Origin: Phycisphaerales bacterium
GTDB lineage: Bacteria; Planctomycetota; Phycisphaerae; WQYP01
Length of the DNA: 16,063 nucleotides
NCBI GenBank assembly: GCA_027451365.1
Contig: DAIDJN010000060.1
Coordinates: 1-16,063, forward strand
Direction: 5' to 3'
Shown: positions 15,053-16,063 of the stretch, in pieces
Layout: the number at the start of each line of letters is the position of its first letter
Numbering within the stretch: the first letter of the stretch is position 1
Program-made: the position numbers and the translations under genes
The notes under the pieces: generated by a model
The model's database searches: none
Told to the model about the DNA's origin: nothing
Seen by the model: only the letters and a program-made list of their open reading frames with translations

Positions 15053-15916
15053 TTAACTGTGGCCCGGCAGGTGATATATTTGCGGGTTCAGCGGATGGGC
15101 TGGACATCGGCCTTCGACCATGGCCAGAAGATTTTCGCTGGCCATCACCGCCATACGGGTCCGCGTTTCGACGGTTGCCGACCCGATATGCGGCAGCAGA
15201 ACCACATTGGCAAGCTCTGTCAGGCCGGAGGCAATTTGCGGTTCATGCTCGAACACGTCCAGGCCGGCGGCCGCGATTTGCCCGTGGCGCAACGCGGCGA
15301 CAAGCGCGGTTTCATGAATCAGCGGTCCGCGGCCGGTGTTAATCAGAATGGCCGAAGGTTTCATGCGGGCGAATTCCTGCGCGCCAATCAGGTGTCGTGT
15401 GTCATCGGTCAGCGGCAGATGAAGCGAAATGATATCCGCCTGAGTGAGGAGGTCATGAAATGTCAGATATTTGGCGCCGACCGACGCCTCCAGTGTCTGA
15501 TTTCGCCGCCGACCGGAATACACAACCGGCATTGTGAACCCGCGTGACATTTCCGCCACGCGGGTGCCAATGCGTCCGGCCCCCACGATGCCCAGTGTTT
15601 TTCCGGTGACACCGGTCCCCATAAATTCCAGAGGTGCCCAGCCGCGCCATGCGCCGCTGCGCACACAGGCGTCCGCTTCCACCACGCGGCGGCAGCAGGC
15701 CAGAATAAGCGCCCAGGCCAATTCGGCGGTGGCTTCGGTCAGGACGTCCGGCGTGTTGGCGGCGCCAATACCCCGCGCGGTACATGTTGCAATATCAATA
15801 TTATTAAAACCAACCGCGTAGTTGCTGATGCCGCGCAGGTTCGTGCACTCTTCAAGTACAGGTTTGGAAATAATATCGGTCAGCATGGTCAGCCAGCCAT
15901 CGCATGATCGGCCCAT
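15053..15916 (-). pseudogene. D-2-hydroxyacid dehydrogenase (glyoxylate reductase GyaR/GhrB-like), apparently lacking roughly 40 N-terminal residues
   Basis: NYAVGFNNID, NTPDVLTEATAE, GIVGAGRIG, INTGRG, GLDVFEHEP, LPHIGSAT. Starts at the DGWLTMLTD segment, which is normally internal; an in-frame TAA lies 9 codons upstream. Confidence 0.75.
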
Positions 15917-16063
15917 ATCTATACCGTAGTTCCCCCCAGTTTAAGCCTATCGAGTCGTTTACAAGCCTTTGATTTATCGTGGTTTGCAGCGATTTTTCGG
16001 GTCGATTTTGCCTTAAATTTGTACCCATGTAAATGTCGTGTTGTAACTTGACATTGTCTTTAT

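Overview
Bacterial chromosomal window; a Planctomycetota-like host is inferred from protein style, not proven. Host genes: tRNA-Pro(GGG), a 26-aa Arg/Lys-rich peptide gene, leuA preceded by a complete Leu-sensing translational attenuator, tRNA-Ala(CGC), a Sel1-repeat gene with an internal TAG, a 59-aa hypothetical, an HNH endonuclease with a structured 5' leader, an orphan oligopeptide ABC ATPase, a DUF2167-like protein, hemC and a 5'-truncated 2-hydroxyacid dehydrogenase. A compact element is integrated in tRNA-Ala between perfect 86-bp direct repeats (3065-3150, 9197-9282; excised circle 6,132 bp). All of its genes lie on the minus strand: HTH regulator, small ORF, AlpA, DnaB_N/AAA_25-like helicase, RelE toxin, Xre antitoxin, tyrosine integrase. 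The main finding is that the att core lies inside the integrase reading frame, antisense to the tRNA. The integrated form encodes a 498-aa integrase ending -SSH, whereas excision would fuse it in frame to a 65-aa tail stranded at attR (560 aa). The integrase is also the third gene of an apparently autoregulated, leaderless toxin-antitoxin operon.
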